This document shows positions 47,393-58,100 of a stretch of 64,000 nt of DNA, piece by piece; the first letter of the stretch is position 1, and every line of letters begins with the position of its first letter. This DNA is from an uncultured Planctomycetales bacterium (GTDB lineage: Bacteria > Omnitrophota > Gorgyraeia > Zapsychrales > JAHFFX01): the NCBI GenBank assembly GCA_964612665.1, contig CAZTCI010000006.1, positions 141,750 to 205,749 on the forward strand, given 5' to 3'. Both the position numbers and the translations under genes were made by a program. The notes under the pieces were generated by a model. It was not told where the DNA came from. It was given only the letters and a program-made list of their open reading frames with translations, and made no database searches.

Positions 47393-48559
47393 ATGTCTGT
47401 TCATTTCACCTCCACAATTGAATTTCAGATCAGTCTCTTATTGTTCGTGGCCATCGTCGGGTATTTGATCGCGACACGCATTAATCAATCGCCGGTTATT
47501 GGCCAGATTTTGGCAGGGATTCTGATCGGCCCTAGTTTGCTCAATCTTATTACGTACACTGATTTCATCAGAAGCATGGCCCAATTGGGCGCGGTCATTT
47601 TGCTTTTTGTGATTGGACTGGAATTTAAATTAAAGGATATTTTTAACGTCCGTTATACCGCGATTGCTTTGGTGGGCGTTATAGTTCCATGGATCGGCGG
47701 ATTTTTAACCGGAAAAGCTTTCGGTTATAGTTTCGACAATGCTGTCTTTATCGGCACAGCGCTTACCGCAACAAGCATCGCTATTACCGCTAATGTTCTT
47801 AAGGAAATGAATAAACTCAAAACCGAAGCGGCCAAAGCGATCATGGGTGCGGCTATCATCGACGATGTTTTGGCACTCTTAGCGCTTTCGTTATCTAAAC
47901 AAGTTGTAAATGGAACATTTTCTCTCGCGGCTGCTATTGTGCCAATTATTAAAGCTCTTTTGTTTTTGGTGGTCGGAATTTATTTGGGACAGAATTTTTT
48001 TAGGAGACTGATTGAACGGGCGGATGAAACAGTCGCTTTGCAAAAATATCCAGAGTTTGTTTTCATTTTTACGATGGCCTTTGCATTTGTTTATGCGATG
48101 GCCGCGGAACTTCTTAATCTATCAGCGATCGTTGGTGCTTTTCTCGCCGGCATTTCGCTTGAGGGGGCGGTCATTTGTAACAGTAAGAATTATAAAGAAG
48201 GTGCGGAATATCTGCGGATTATTTTCGCGTCGATTTTTTTTGTTTCGCTGGGTGTTCTTGTTGATGTGCGGGCGGTGACACAAGCTGTCATATGGTTTGT
48301 TATCGCATTAACCGTTGTTGCGGTTCTGACAAAAGTCATCGGATGTTTTGTGCCGGCGAAGCTGCAGGGGATGTCAACGAAAGACGCAGCTATTGTTGGC
48401 GTCGGTATGTCGCCGCGAGGAGAAGTCGCGATGATTGTTGGGCTTATCGGTCTAAACCAAGGCATTATCCATCAAGAAATTTATGCCGCCATTATTCTTA
48501 TGAGTATAATAACAACCATCCTTACGCCCATCATTCTTCAAAATTGGCTGTATAAATAA
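47393..48559 (+). CDS. Monovalent cation:proton antiporter (CPA/Na+-H+ exchanger family) sited between the two nuo blocks
   Basis: About 12 TM helices; N-terminus SLLLFVAIVGYLIATRINQSPVIGQILAGILIGPSLL typical of Kef/NhaP-type exchangers. Confidence 0.8.
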   Translation: MSVHFTSTIEFQISLLLFVAIVGYLIATRINQSPVIGQILAGILIGPSLLNLITYTDFIRSMAQLGAVILLFVIGLEFKLKDIFNVRYTAIALVGVIVPWIGGFLTGKAFGYSFDNAVFIGTALTATSIAITANVLKEMNKLKTEAAKAIMGAAIIDDVLALLALSLSKQVVNGTFSLAAAIVPIIKALLFLVVGIYLGQNFFRRLIERADETVALQKYPEFVFIFTMAFAFVYAMAAELLNLSAIVGAFLAGISLEGAVICNSKNYKEGAEYLRIIFASIFFVSLGVLVDVRAVTQAVIWFVIALTVVAVLTKVIGCFVPAKLQGMSTKDAAIVGVGMSPRGEVAMIVGLIGLNQGIIHQEIYAAIILMSIITTILTPIILQNWLYK

Positions 48560-48608
48560 TTCAATTTAATAATTTAGGAACAAAGGACAATCAGAAAATT
48601 TTAAGTGA

Positions 48609-50045
48609 TTAGAATATTCCTTTGACAGCCGCAAGCGCGACTTCAAGGAAGGGGCCTTGGAAGATTCCAATACCAATAATTCCAGCGATGGCAACAGCGA
48701 GAATTATCTGGATAGGTAAAGAAACAGCAATGGCAGAAGTGTTTCGAGGCGGATCAACATAGATCCGTTTGACAACGATCAGATAGTAATAAAGCGAAAT
48801 GACGATGTTCATAGCAGCGACGAGCGCCAGCCATAGAAAACCGCTTTTGACAGCGGCCATTAATAACGTAAATTTACCAAAGAATCCCGCCAGCGGTGGA
48901 ATTCCGGCCAATGAAACAAGCGCCAGCAACAACACGACCGCCAAGATTCCCGAACGCTGCGCGAGCCCCGCATAATCTTCAAGCTCATCACTTTTGACCG
49001 CCACAAAAAATAAAACAATCACCGTAAACGCGGCGAGATTCGTAAACAAATATCCCAGCAAATAAAAATTAATCGCCGCAACACCGAGCGTTGACCCGGC
49101 GGCTGCGCCCATCAAAAGATATCCCGCGTGGCCGATGCTGGAATAACCCAGTAACCGTTTAATATTTTTCTGAAACATGGCGGCGCAATTTCCGTAACAC
49201 ATTGTAACCGCCGAAAGAACCGCGAAGACAGGAGCCCAGTGAATATGCCAGGCTGAAAAAACGCCTAAGAAAAGCCGAATCAAAATCACAAAACCTGCGG
49301 CCTTAGACCCGACGGACAATAATGCGGTCACCGGCGTCGGCGCGCCTTGATAAACATCCGGAACCCACAAATGAAACGGCACTGAGGCGATTTTAAAACC
49401 AACCGCGGAAAAAATCATGATTAAAGCAAACAAAATAACCGGACTGGCCGCGTGCGTCATCGCATAGGCGCGGATCGTTTCAAATCCTGTCGTGTGCGTA
49501 ATACCGTAAAGAAAACTAATGCCGTAAAGAAAAAAGCCCGACGACAAAGCACCAAGAATCAAATATTTCATCCCCGCTTCAAGAGAATGATGATCGCTTT
49601 TAAGATAGGCGGTCATGACGTAAAGGGAGATCGTCAGGATTTCAATTGAAATAAAAAGCAGAATAAAATCCGCGGAAGATACAATCAAACACATGCCGAG
49701 CAAAGCCAGCCATAATAAGAGATAGAATTCGTTCTTTGGCTGCTGCGAGGATTTGAAAAACTGCTGGGTCATCACAAAAACAAAAACCATCGCGATAAGA
49801 AAGAAACCTTTAAAGAACCAAGCCATCGGATCCATGATAAACATGCCGCCAAAAGTTTTCCCGGTAACATCGCTTTGGGTTAGCCAAAAACCGAGCATTA
49901 ACAAAAGCGCCGCTAAACTTAGATTCCCGATCCAGTCTTGACGGTTATTTTTGGGCAGAAACATGTCGACGAGAATCAGGATGACAAGCGTGATTGCGAT
50001 CAGTGTTTCTAAGGTGAATAAGTTCCAGTTAATTGTAGGAAACAT
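48609..50045 (-). CDS. nuoN: NADH-quinone oxidoreductase subunit N
   Basis: ND2-like polytopic protein at the distal end of the - strand J-K-L-M-N block. Confidence 0.85.
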   Translation of the reverse strand: MFPTINWNLFTLETLIAITLVILILVDMFLPKNNRQDWIGNLSLAALLLMLGFWLTQSDVTGKTFGGMFIMDPMAWFFKGFFLIAMVFVFVMTQQFFKSSQQPKNEFYLLLWLALLGMCLIVSSADFILLFISIEILTISLYVMTAYLKSDHHSLEAGMKYLILGALSSGFFLYGISFLYGITHTTGFETIRAYAMTHAASPVILFALIMIFSAVGFKIASVPFHLWVPDVYQGAPTPVTALLSVGSKAAGFVILIRLFLGVFSAWHIHWAPVFAVLSAVTMCYGNCAAMFQKNIKRLLGYSSIGHAGYLLMGAAAGSTLGVAAINFYLLGYLFTNLAAFTVIVLFFVAVKSDELEDYAGLAQRSGILAVVLLLALVSLAGIPPLAGFFGKFTLLMAAVKSGFLWLALVAAMNIVISLYYYLIVVKRIYVDPPRNTSAIAVSLPIQIILAVAIAGIIGIGIFQGPFLEVALAAVKGIF

Positions 50046-50089
50046 AGTTTATGCTTTCTTGCTAATCGGCCGAAATTTGGACCAGCTGT

Positions 50090-50197
50090 CTGCTCCCCGG
50101 CCCGCTGTATCCGGCGAAGCCGGGGCGGGCACGCGATCCTGTCTCCGCCTTTTCTTTAAGGGAGGTAGGCGGAGACAGGATCGAAGTTCGCTGACAG
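50090..50197. repeat. Copy A of a roughly 85-110-bp intergenic hairpin element present twice in the window (second copy at 58545-58630)
   Basis: gcgatcctgtctccgcc-ttttctttaagggaggt-aggcggagacaggatcg-aagttcgctgacag; about 80% identical to copy B, with base changes that preserve stem pairing. Confidence 0.75.
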
Positions 50198-50213
50198 TCA
50201 TCCGCAAAAGGCC

Positions 50214-51698
50214 CTACTTCAATTCTATACTTTGCGAAATTATTTTTACCGGTGCTTCAATATTTTTCAAAATAAAAGCCGGCCAGCATCCGGCTAAAAT
50301 TAACGCCGCTAATAACAGAATATATGGTAAGCGTTGTAAAGGTGTTGCCGCATCAACGAGTTTTCTCCACTGGGAATTCAACGGGCCTTGAAATGCCAGC
50401 CTGATTGTCTTAAGCATATAAACAGCGGTGATCACAATCCCTAACACCGCTAATATGGTTTCGGTTCGGTAATAATCCCAAGATCCTAAGAGGACCATGA
50501 TTTCTCCGACGAAGTTGGCGAATCCCGGAACACCGGCGGAAGCGAGCGCCGCCATGGCAAAACAAGTCGCGATAAACGGCATGGATTTGGCGATGCCGCC
50601 TAATTCTTCTAGATTTCGAGTTTTTGTTTGATCTGCCACGGAACCGATTAAAGCAAACGAAAGCGCCGCCATGATTCCGTGCGCAAACATTAAAAAGACA
50701 ACACCGTTTATACCAATAATATCTAAACAAGCCAAACCTAAAAGAATGTAGCCCATATGACTGCAGCTTGAATACCCTAATATATATTTAATATCCTTCT
50801 GAGTGAGCGCGACCAATCCACAAAAAATAATATTGATAGCCGCGAGATCAGCCACAATCGGCATCCAAATGTGAGCGGCCTGCGGCATGAGTTGAATTGC
50901 GAAGCGGAGGATTGCGTAGGCGCCGAGTTTTTTTAAGACTCCGGCGTGGAGCATGCTGATTGAGGTGGGCGCTTCGGCGTATCCGATCGGCGCCCACGTG
51001 TAAAATGGCCAGAGAGTTAATGTGATTCCAAATCCGACGACAATCAGCGGGAAGATCCAATTTTGGAGTTCCAATGGCAAAGGATGCTTAGCCAAATGCT
51101 GTTGGATTTGAATGAAATCAAATGTGTTTAAACCGGTAGAAAGATAAAGGCCGATTAAGCCGATTAGCGCCAACGAAGCGCCAGCGGTCAAATACAGTGT
51201 CAATTTCATGGCCGCATATTCTTTATGGTTGGTTCCCCAAATCGCAATCAGTAAAAACGCCGGGATCGCGGCGACTTCATGAAAGAAATAGAAAAAGAAG
51301 ATATCTAAAGAAAGAAAAGCACCGTAGGTGCCGGCCACAACGAGAAGTAAAAGGATGTAATATTCTTTAACGCGTTCTTTGATGCTGCGTGAAATTAAAA
51401 CCGCAGCCAAAGAACAAATCCCCAAAAGAAGGACGAGCACAGCATTGATACCATCGATCCCTAAATGGTACGAAATCCCAAAAGGTACGACCCAAGGCAT
51501 TTTGTCAATGAATTGGAATCCTCCGGCCGTGTGATCGTAAGCAACAAAAACCCACAATGACAAAAGCGATGACAACAGCGTACCAATCGTTGCAATCTTG
51601 CGGATCAAACAGATTTTTTCCGACGGGACTAATAGAATCAGCCAGGCGGCGGCTACCGGCAATAACAGAATCCAAGTAAGCGGATGAGGAATGCTCAT
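50214..51698 (-). CDS. nuoM: NADH-quinone oxidoreductase subunit M
   Basis: ND4-like; ...WPFYTWAPIGYAEAPT..., HMGYILLG. Confidence 0.85.
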   Translation of the reverse strand: MSIPHPLTWILLLPVAAAWLILLVPSEKICLIRKIATIGTLLSSLLSLWVFVAYDHTAGGFQFIDKMPWVVPFGISYHLGIDGINAVLVLLLGICSLAAVLISRSIKERVKEYYILLLLVVAGTYGAFLSLDIFFFYFFHEVAAIPAFLLIAIWGTNHKEYAAMKLTLYLTAGASLALIGLIGLYLSTGLNTFDFIQIQQHLAKHPLPLELQNWIFPLIVVGFGITLTLWPFYTWAPIGYAEAPTSISMLHAGVLKKLGAYAILRFAIQLMPQAAHIWMPIVADLAAINIIFCGLVALTQKDIKYILGYSSCSHMGYILLGLACLDIIGINGVVFLMFAHGIMAALSFALIGSVADQTKTRNLEELGGIAKSMPFIATCFAMAALASAGVPGFANFVGEIMVLLGSWDYYRTETILAVLGIVITAVYMLKTIRLAFQGPLNSQWRKLVDAATPLQRLPYILLLAALILAGCWPAFILKNIEAPVKIISQSIELK

Positions 51699-51729
51699 AG
51701 TTTAAATTACAAATAATTTAAAATTCAAT

Positions 51730-53571
51730 TTAAAAAACCATTACCAAAATCAACAAAACCACACCCCAAACAAAAACCAACGCATACGACTGGACTAATC
51801 CAGTCTGAAGTCTGCGGAATAATTCGCCGAGCGTTCTCGCCAGATTAATGACACCCCGCATACCAAAGCGGACGATAAAAAAACTTTCAAAATAGGCCAG
51901 CATGTTGGCGAAATTTTGCTGTACAAAATCTACATACCAGCTGTACACGGCATCGAAATAATATTTATTTTTTAAAACCGGATAGATAGCCCCAAGTTTT
52001 GTTTCCAAGGGATCGCTTGCGGGACGTTTGCTGTAAATAAGATATGAAACAGCTAACCCTAAAACCGCTGCGCCCGACGAGATAAACGCGATCTTCATGT
52101 TCATCGGCACATGGGATTCTTCTGGATATAAGAAATGTGGAATACCGATAAAACCTCCAATCACTGAAAGAACGGCTAGAAAAATCAGAGGAATCGTCAT
52201 AATAGCCGGCGATTCATGAACATGATGATCGTGATGCGTATCGTCGTTGCCCCAAAAAGCTGTCCAAAATAACCGTCCCATATAGAAAGCTGTTAAGGCC
52301 CCGGTAATTGTTCCTATCCAATAGAGAAGAACATTATGTTCAGCCGCTAAAGCGAGAATTTCATCTTTGCTCCAAAATCCGCTCAACGGAAAAATGCCGC
52401 AAAGTGCAAGCGTTCCGATAAGAAACGTGAATCCGGTTATCGGCATTGATTTGAGAAGTCCTTTCATTTTCCAAATATTTTGCTCATGATGCATCGCGTA
52501 AATAACACTGCCAGCGCCTAAGAAAAGAAGCGCTTTGAAAAACGCATGAGTCGTTAAATGATACATCCCTTGAAGCGGCCCGGCTAAACCTAAAGCCATG
52601 ACCATATAACCTAATTGGCTCAGTGTTGAATACGCGAGGATTCTTTTAATATCGTTTTCGACGATGGCGAGTGTTGCGGCCATGAAAGCGGTGATGGCGC
52701 CGATGTGCGCGATGATTGTTAACACAGTTGATAACGGCTGAAAAAGGAAAAAGGTTCGCGCCAAAAGATAAATACCTGCGGCAACCATGGTCGCCGCGTG
52801 AATAAGGGCGCTGACGGGCGTCGGCCCTTCCATAGCATCAGCCAGCCAGACGTGAAGCGGGACTTGCGCGGATTTTCCGACGACACCGCAGAAAATCAAA
52901 AGCGCCGCGGTTGTTAATAAATCTGGATGGATATGCGGTACAACGCTCGCTAAGCGCGTAAAAAGAAAACTCCTATCGCCTCCCGCGCCGGAAAGACTCC
53001 ATAACAAAATAATCCCCCAGAGAAATCCGAAATCCGCAACGCGATTAACTACGAAAGCTTTAACTCCGGCATCCGCCGCCGAAGGCTTCGCGTACCAAAA
53101 CCCAATCAAGAGATACGAACTTAAGCCCACGAGTTCCCAAAACATAAATAACTGAACAAAATTATTTGCCAAAACAATTCCAATCATTGAAAACGCGAAA
53201 AGGCTAAGGTAGGCAAAAAACCGCGGCATACTCGGATCATCCGCCATGTATCCTTTAGAGTAAATAAAAATGGCGCTTCCAACACCGGTCACAATCATGA
53301 GCATCATGATCGCCAGCGGATTGATGAGAACCCCGAAATCAATTGTCAGCCCATCAAAATGGATCCAGGATAGAGATTGTTGAACTTGAGCGGGAGGGGT
53401 GGTATTAAAAATTTGAGTGAAGAGTAAGACACAGCAGACAAAAGAGGTTAGAATCCCGGCAATCGCAATCAAGGAACTTAACACTTTTGAACGCAGAAAG
53501 AAAACTGTAATAAGAATGCACGCCACGAGCGGTGAAAACAACGCAATCCAAGCTAATTGTGGATTTACCAT
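51730..53571 (-). CDS. nuoL: NADH-quinone oxidoreductase subunit L
   Basis: ND5-like, 613 aa; LFMFWELVGLSSYLLIGFW, HAFFKALLFLGAGSVI. Confidence 0.9.
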   Translation of the reverse strand: MVNPQLAWIALFSPLVACILITVFFLRSKVLSSLIAIAGILTSFVCCVLLFTQIFNTTPPAQVQQSLSWIHFDGLTIDFGVLINPLAIMMLMIVTGVGSAIFIYSKGYMADDPSMPRFFAYLSLFAFSMIGIVLANNFVQLFMFWELVGLSSYLLIGFWYAKPSAADAGVKAFVVNRVADFGFLWGIILLWSLSGAGGDRSFLFTRLASVVPHIHPDLLTTAALLIFCGVVGKSAQVPLHVWLADAMEGPTPVSALIHAATMVAAGIYLLARTFFLFQPLSTVLTIIAHIGAITAFMAATLAIVENDIKRILAYSTLSQLGYMVMALGLAGPLQGMYHLTTHAFFKALLFLGAGSVIYAMHHEQNIWKMKGLLKSMPITGFTFLIGTLALCGIFPLSGFWSKDEILALAAEHNVLLYWIGTITGALTAFYMGRLFWTAFWGNDDTHHDHHVHESPAIMTIPLIFLAVLSVIGGFIGIPHFLYPEESHVPMNMKIAFISSGAAVLGLAVSYLIYSKRPASDPLETKLGAIYPVLKNKYYFDAVYSWYVDFVQQNFANMLAYFESFFIVRFGMRGVINLARTLGELFRRLQTGLVQSYALVFVWGVVLLILVMVF

Positions 53572-53867
53572 TTTAAGTCCTTTAATTCATCAGCTTGAAT
53601 GGTTGAGAAATGACGGAACATCAAAACAACAATCGCCAGCCCGATCGCAACTTCCGCAGCAGCGACGAGAATCACAAAGAAAACAACCAGCTCTCCGGTG
53701 TAATCGCCGTTAAACCGTGAGAAAGCGACAAAAGAAAGATTCGATGCCGCCAATAAAAGTTCTAAGGAAAGAAGGATCTTAAGCACGTTGCGGCTAGTCA
53801 CGACGCCCATAATGCCGATCGAAAAAAGAACGCCGCTTAAAAGAATATATTGTGAAAGTCCAATCAT
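53565..53867 (-). CDS. nuoK: NADH-quinone oxidoreductase subunit K
   Basis: 100-aa three-TM ND4L homologue with LELLLAASNL... and AAAEVAIGLA. Confidence 0.9.
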   Translation of the reverse strand: MIGLSQYILLSGVLFSIGIMGVVTSRNVLKILLSLELLLAASNLSFVAFSRFNGDYTGELVVFFVILVAAAEVAIGLAIVVLMFRHFSTIQADELKDLKW

Positions 53868-54409
53868 GTGTTTCCTGTCATCTTTTTCATTTCCTGCGCT
53901 TTATCCCAGGCTGTTTCCATGGCGCCTTTGGCCAAAGAAACAATTCCGAATATGGCAATAAATAAGAGAAATGAGGTTAATTCAAAAGGAAGAAGATAAT
54001 TGGTAAAAATAATTTTGCCGATGACTTCAATGGTGCCGCGGATCGAAGACGGCGGCATTGTTTGAGCGGCTAAAAAGCTTTTGGTCAACATGAGAAAGCT
54101 CGACAGAAACATGAGCCCAACAACACCGCCGAGCAATCGAAAACGGGCTTGTTTAATTGTGGTGTGCGCATCCGCGTTTAGATTTAAACACATTACAACA
54201 AAGAGGAAAAATACCAAGACCGCGCCTGCATACACTAATAAAAGAATAATGCCGACGAAGAAAGCCTCCATCTGCATAAATAGAGAAGCAAGGGAAAAGA
54301 TGGCGAGGACCAGCGACAAAACATTATAAAGAGGATTTTTAGAAAGGACGACAGAAAGCGCCGCCAAAATTAAAACAGTCGCAAAAAGATAGAAAAAAGC
54401 AGAAGCCAT
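53864..54409 (-). CDS. nuoJ: NADH-quinone oxidoreductase subunit J
   Basis: ND6-like; ATGA overlap with nuoK. Confidence 0.85.
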   Translation of the reverse strand: MASAFFYLFATVLILAALSVVLSKNPLYNVLSLVLAIFSLASLFMQMEAFFVGIILLLVYAGAVLVFFLFVVMCLNLNADAHTTIKQARFRLLGGVVGLMFLSSFLMLTKSFLAAQTMPPSSIRGTIEVIGKIIFTNYLLPFELTSFLLFIAIFGIVSLAKGAMETAWDKAQEMKKMTGNT

Positions 54410-54605
54410 GCCGATTAAAGTTAAACGGTTAGGTTAAATGGGTTTATAAATAAATTTGTGTATATTAGAGCAGTCATCTTAAAATAAGTCAAGGAAGTGT
54501 CGATTTATTTTTGCATATCATAAAAGTTTTTAAAAAGATAATGGTTAAAAGTTGATTCCATGGTAGCGCCTCAGGGAAACGGGCGGATATTTTTATAAGA
54601 ATACA

Positions 54606-54640
54606 TTGACAATTCAATAGTTGAATGGTAAATATTATAT
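54606..54640 (+). promoter_or_regulatory. Putative sigma70-type promoter with overlapping palindromic MarR operator
   Basis: TTGACA at 54606-54611, 17-nt spacer, then TAAATA; the spacer contains the palindrome attcaa-tag-ttgaat. AGGAG RBS follows before the ATG at 54658. Confidence 0.45.
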
Positions 54641-54657
54641 CGAAAAAGGAGAACCCT

Positions 54658-55143
54658 ATGGAATTCTTAAAAGCCTTCGGGATACAGGATTCAAAAGACA
54701 AGCATCACAAGCAGATCATCTATGGCCTGGCGTTGATTTACAATCTCATTTACGACGCCATGGCTAATTTTTTTCAGGAATATGATTTAACGCCGGGCAA
54801 ATTCAATATTCTGATGGTCATCAAACATCAAGGCAAAGACCAGGGCATTGCGCAAGTTGAAATCGGCAAGCACCTCATCCTAACGCCATCCAATATGACG
54901 AAATTGATTGATAAATTAGAGAAGGAAGGGCTCGTTGAGCGGTCGGCGTTAAAAGGGGATCGAAGAGTTAACTTGACTAAGATTACCAAAAAAGGTTCCG
55001 ATCTCCTGGAACGCGTTTGGGAAGCTTATAACAAAAAATTATTAGCCTTAACCGCTTCGCTTAATAAAGAAGAACAAAAAGCATTGGCCAAATTGCTGGT
55101 CGCGTGGCTTAAAGAGATGAAAGGAGAAGCGGACCTTGGCTAA
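54658..55143 (+). CDS. MarR-family transcriptional regulator
   Basis: PGKFNILMVIKHQGKDQGIAQVEIGKHLILTPSNMTKLIDKLEKEGLVERSALKGDRRVNLTKITKKG winged HTH. Confidence 0.8.
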   Translation: MEFLKAFGIQDSKDKHHKQIIYGLALIYNLIYDAMANFFQEYDLTPGKFNILMVIKHQGKDQGIAQVEIGKHLILTPSNMTKLIDKLEKEGLVERSALKGDRRVNLTKITKKGSDLLERVWEAYNKKLLALTASLNKEEQKALAKLLVAWLKEMKGEADLG

Positions 55144-58100
55144 GAGTTTGAAACAACTGGGATTCAAAGCGCTTTTGGTGACTCAATTCCTCGAAGCCTT
55201 TAACGACAACGCTTTAAAGTTCGTCGTGACTTTTGTGGCGATTGATTATTTTACGAAAAGTAATTTGGGAAATCTTTTCGTGTCTTTGGCCGGCGCTGTT
55301 TTTATTCTTCCCTTTTTATTATTTTCAACCTACGCCGGTTATTTGGCGGACCGGTTTAGTAAAAAGAAAATTCTTGTTACCGCGAAGATCGCTGAACTTT
55401 TCATTCTCACCTTTGGTTTGATTGCGTTCATTCAAATCAATATGACCGGAATGTTGGCAGTTTTATTTTTGATGGGACTGCACAGCGCGTTTTTTAGCCC
55501 GTCGAAGTATGCGATTCTGCCGGAAATTTTGGATAAAGATGATCTCTCCGAAGGTAATGGGCAGATGCAGATGTGGACTTACGCGGCGATTATTTTGGGA
55601 CAGGCGTGCGGCGGTTATCTCTTACAGTTATTTAACGCCGCGCTTTTTAAAACGTATTTTGTTTTTATAGGCATTGCCGTTGTTGGGATTGTTACCAGTT
55701 TATTCATTCCAACCGTTCGCCCGTCGGGATCGAAGCGCCCGATGGCATGGAACTTCCTTAAAGAAATCGCCGGTAATGTTTCTTTCGTAAAGACCAATCG
55801 AACCATATTTCTTTCAATCGTGGCGTTGGTTTATTTTTCTTTTCTAGGCGGAATCTTTCAGCCAAACATTCTTCTGTACGCACGAAACATGATGGGCGTA
55901 GATCCGTTTCTTTCTAGCATTCTGCTGGTGAGTATCTCGTTGGGAATCGGCATCGGAAGTTTAATGGCCGGGCGTTTTTCAGACCAGAAAATTGAATTGG
56001 GATTGGTGCCATTTGGAGCGATTGGCCTCAGTATTTTCTCAATCGTACTTGGATTTAGTTATCATTCTTTTTACAACGTTTTTCTAACCTTGTTTTTACT
56101 TGGTATGTCGAGCGGATTTTACATTGTTCCTTTAAATACACTCGTGCAGTATGAAAGTCCCGCCGATCAACGCGGGCGTATCATTGCGACGAATAATTTC
56201 TTTTCCTTCCTGGCGATTCTTGTCGCATCATTATCGATTTATCTTTTTGGCGAAGTTCTAAAAATCAATCCAGCTAAAACATTTGTTATCTTAGGTGTCG
56301 TCACCATTGGGGGAACGATTTACATCTGTCGTTTACTACCGTATGCGCTGGTACGGTTGTTTGTTTGGCTTTTGACGCACACGCTTTATAAAATCCGTGT
56401 CATCGATAAAAATAATGTCCCGGCGCAGGGCGGCGCGTTGTTGGCTTCCAATCATATTTCTTATCTCGACGCTGTTTTGCTGGTTGTGACCGTACAGCGT
56501 CCGATCCGGTTTTTGATGAGCCGGGAAGTTTATGAGAACAGTATTTTTAAATTTCTTTTTAAAATCGGCCGCGCGATTCCCATTAATTCAACTGATAATC
56601 CCAAAGAAATCATCCGCGCGTTGCACACCGCCAAAGAAGCGTTGAAAGCCGGCGAACTGGTTTGCATTTTTCCCGAAGGCCATTTAACGCGCACTGGAAA
56701 CACTTTGAAGTTTAACGCCGGTGTCGAACACATTGTCAAAGGTGTCGACACGCCGATTATTCCGGTCAATCTCGACCGCATTTGGGGAAGTATTTTCAGC
56801 TGGGAACGCGGCAAATTCCTTTATAAGTGGCCGAAAATTATTCCTTATCCCGTGACGGTTTCGTTTGGAAAGCCACTTCCGTCGACAACGAACGCATTTG
56901 AAATCCGTTCGAAGGTCATGGAATTGGGAGCGGATGCTTTTCAATACCGTTTGGAAGATAAATTAACTTTGCCGGAAAGTTTTTGGCGTGAAGCGCGGAA
57001 ACATCCGCAGAAATTTTGTATCGGCGATTCAACCGGTAAAAAATTGGATTATGGTATGACGCTCGTGTCAGCCGTTGTCATCGCCTCAAAAATTCGCGTC
57101 CGGCTCGATCAAGAGAAAACCGTCGGCATATTAATCCCTCCGTCGGTAGGCGCAGCGCTGGTTAATATCGCAGTTTCTTCTTTAAATAAAGTTCCGGTGA
57201 ATATAAATTACACGTCCTCAAAAGAAGCCATTCAATCAATTGTTAAACAATGCGCCATGCAATACGTGATCACCTCGCGCGTTTTTTTAGAAAAAATCGG
57301 AATTGAAATTACTTGCGAGAAAATTTTTATCGAAGACATTGTGGCAAGCATTTCAAAGATGGATCAACTTAAGGCCTTCGGCGTGGCGTTCGCGTTTCCG
57401 TCGGTATTGTCCCATCGATTAATCTTCGGTCCCAAAGCCTGCCGCGAACATGAGAAGCTCGCCACGATTATGTTCACGAGCGGCAGCACCGGCGAGCCCA
57501 AAGGTGTCATGCTCACTCATGGCAATGTCATCTCCAACTTGGAAGGGCTTTATCAAGTTTTTAATATTCAGAAGAACGACGTGATGGTTGGCATTTTACC
57601 GTTTTTTCATTCGTTTGGTTTTACCGGCACACTGTGGTTTCCTTTGATTACCGGCATTGGCGCTGTTTATCACAACAATCCATTGGATGCGAAAGTCATT
57701 GGAAAATTAATTGCGGAATATAAAGTGACGATTTTAATGACGACACCGACCTTTCTTAGTTCCTATATCCGCCGCTGTGAGCCGAAACAATTTAAAAGTT
57801 TGCGGATGGTGACCGTCGGCGCGGAGAAGTTAAAAGAAAATTTGGCTGAGGAATTTAAAAATAAATTTGGGCTGGAGCCGATGGAAGGTTACGGCTGCAC
57901 GGAACTATCGCCGGTTGTTTCGATCAATTTGCCGGACAACGAACGGGAAGGCTCGTTACAGAAAGCGCACAAGCGCGGCACAATTGGTCTGCCGCTGCCG
58001 GGAATCGCGATTAAAATTCTTGATCAAAATTCCAGCGAGCCGCTAGGAGCAAATCAAAATGGTTTATTGTTTGTCAAGGGACCGAACGTCATGAAAGGTT

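Noticed and set aside
48609-53571. Numerous 60-110-aa ORFs antisense to or out of frame within nuoL/M/N (for example 49452-49649, 50410-50730, 50848-51060, 53417-53713)
   Set aside because: They lie entirely inside well-supported Complex I membrane-subunit genes, have Arg-rich low-complexity translations typical of antisense GC-skewed frames, and have no RBS.
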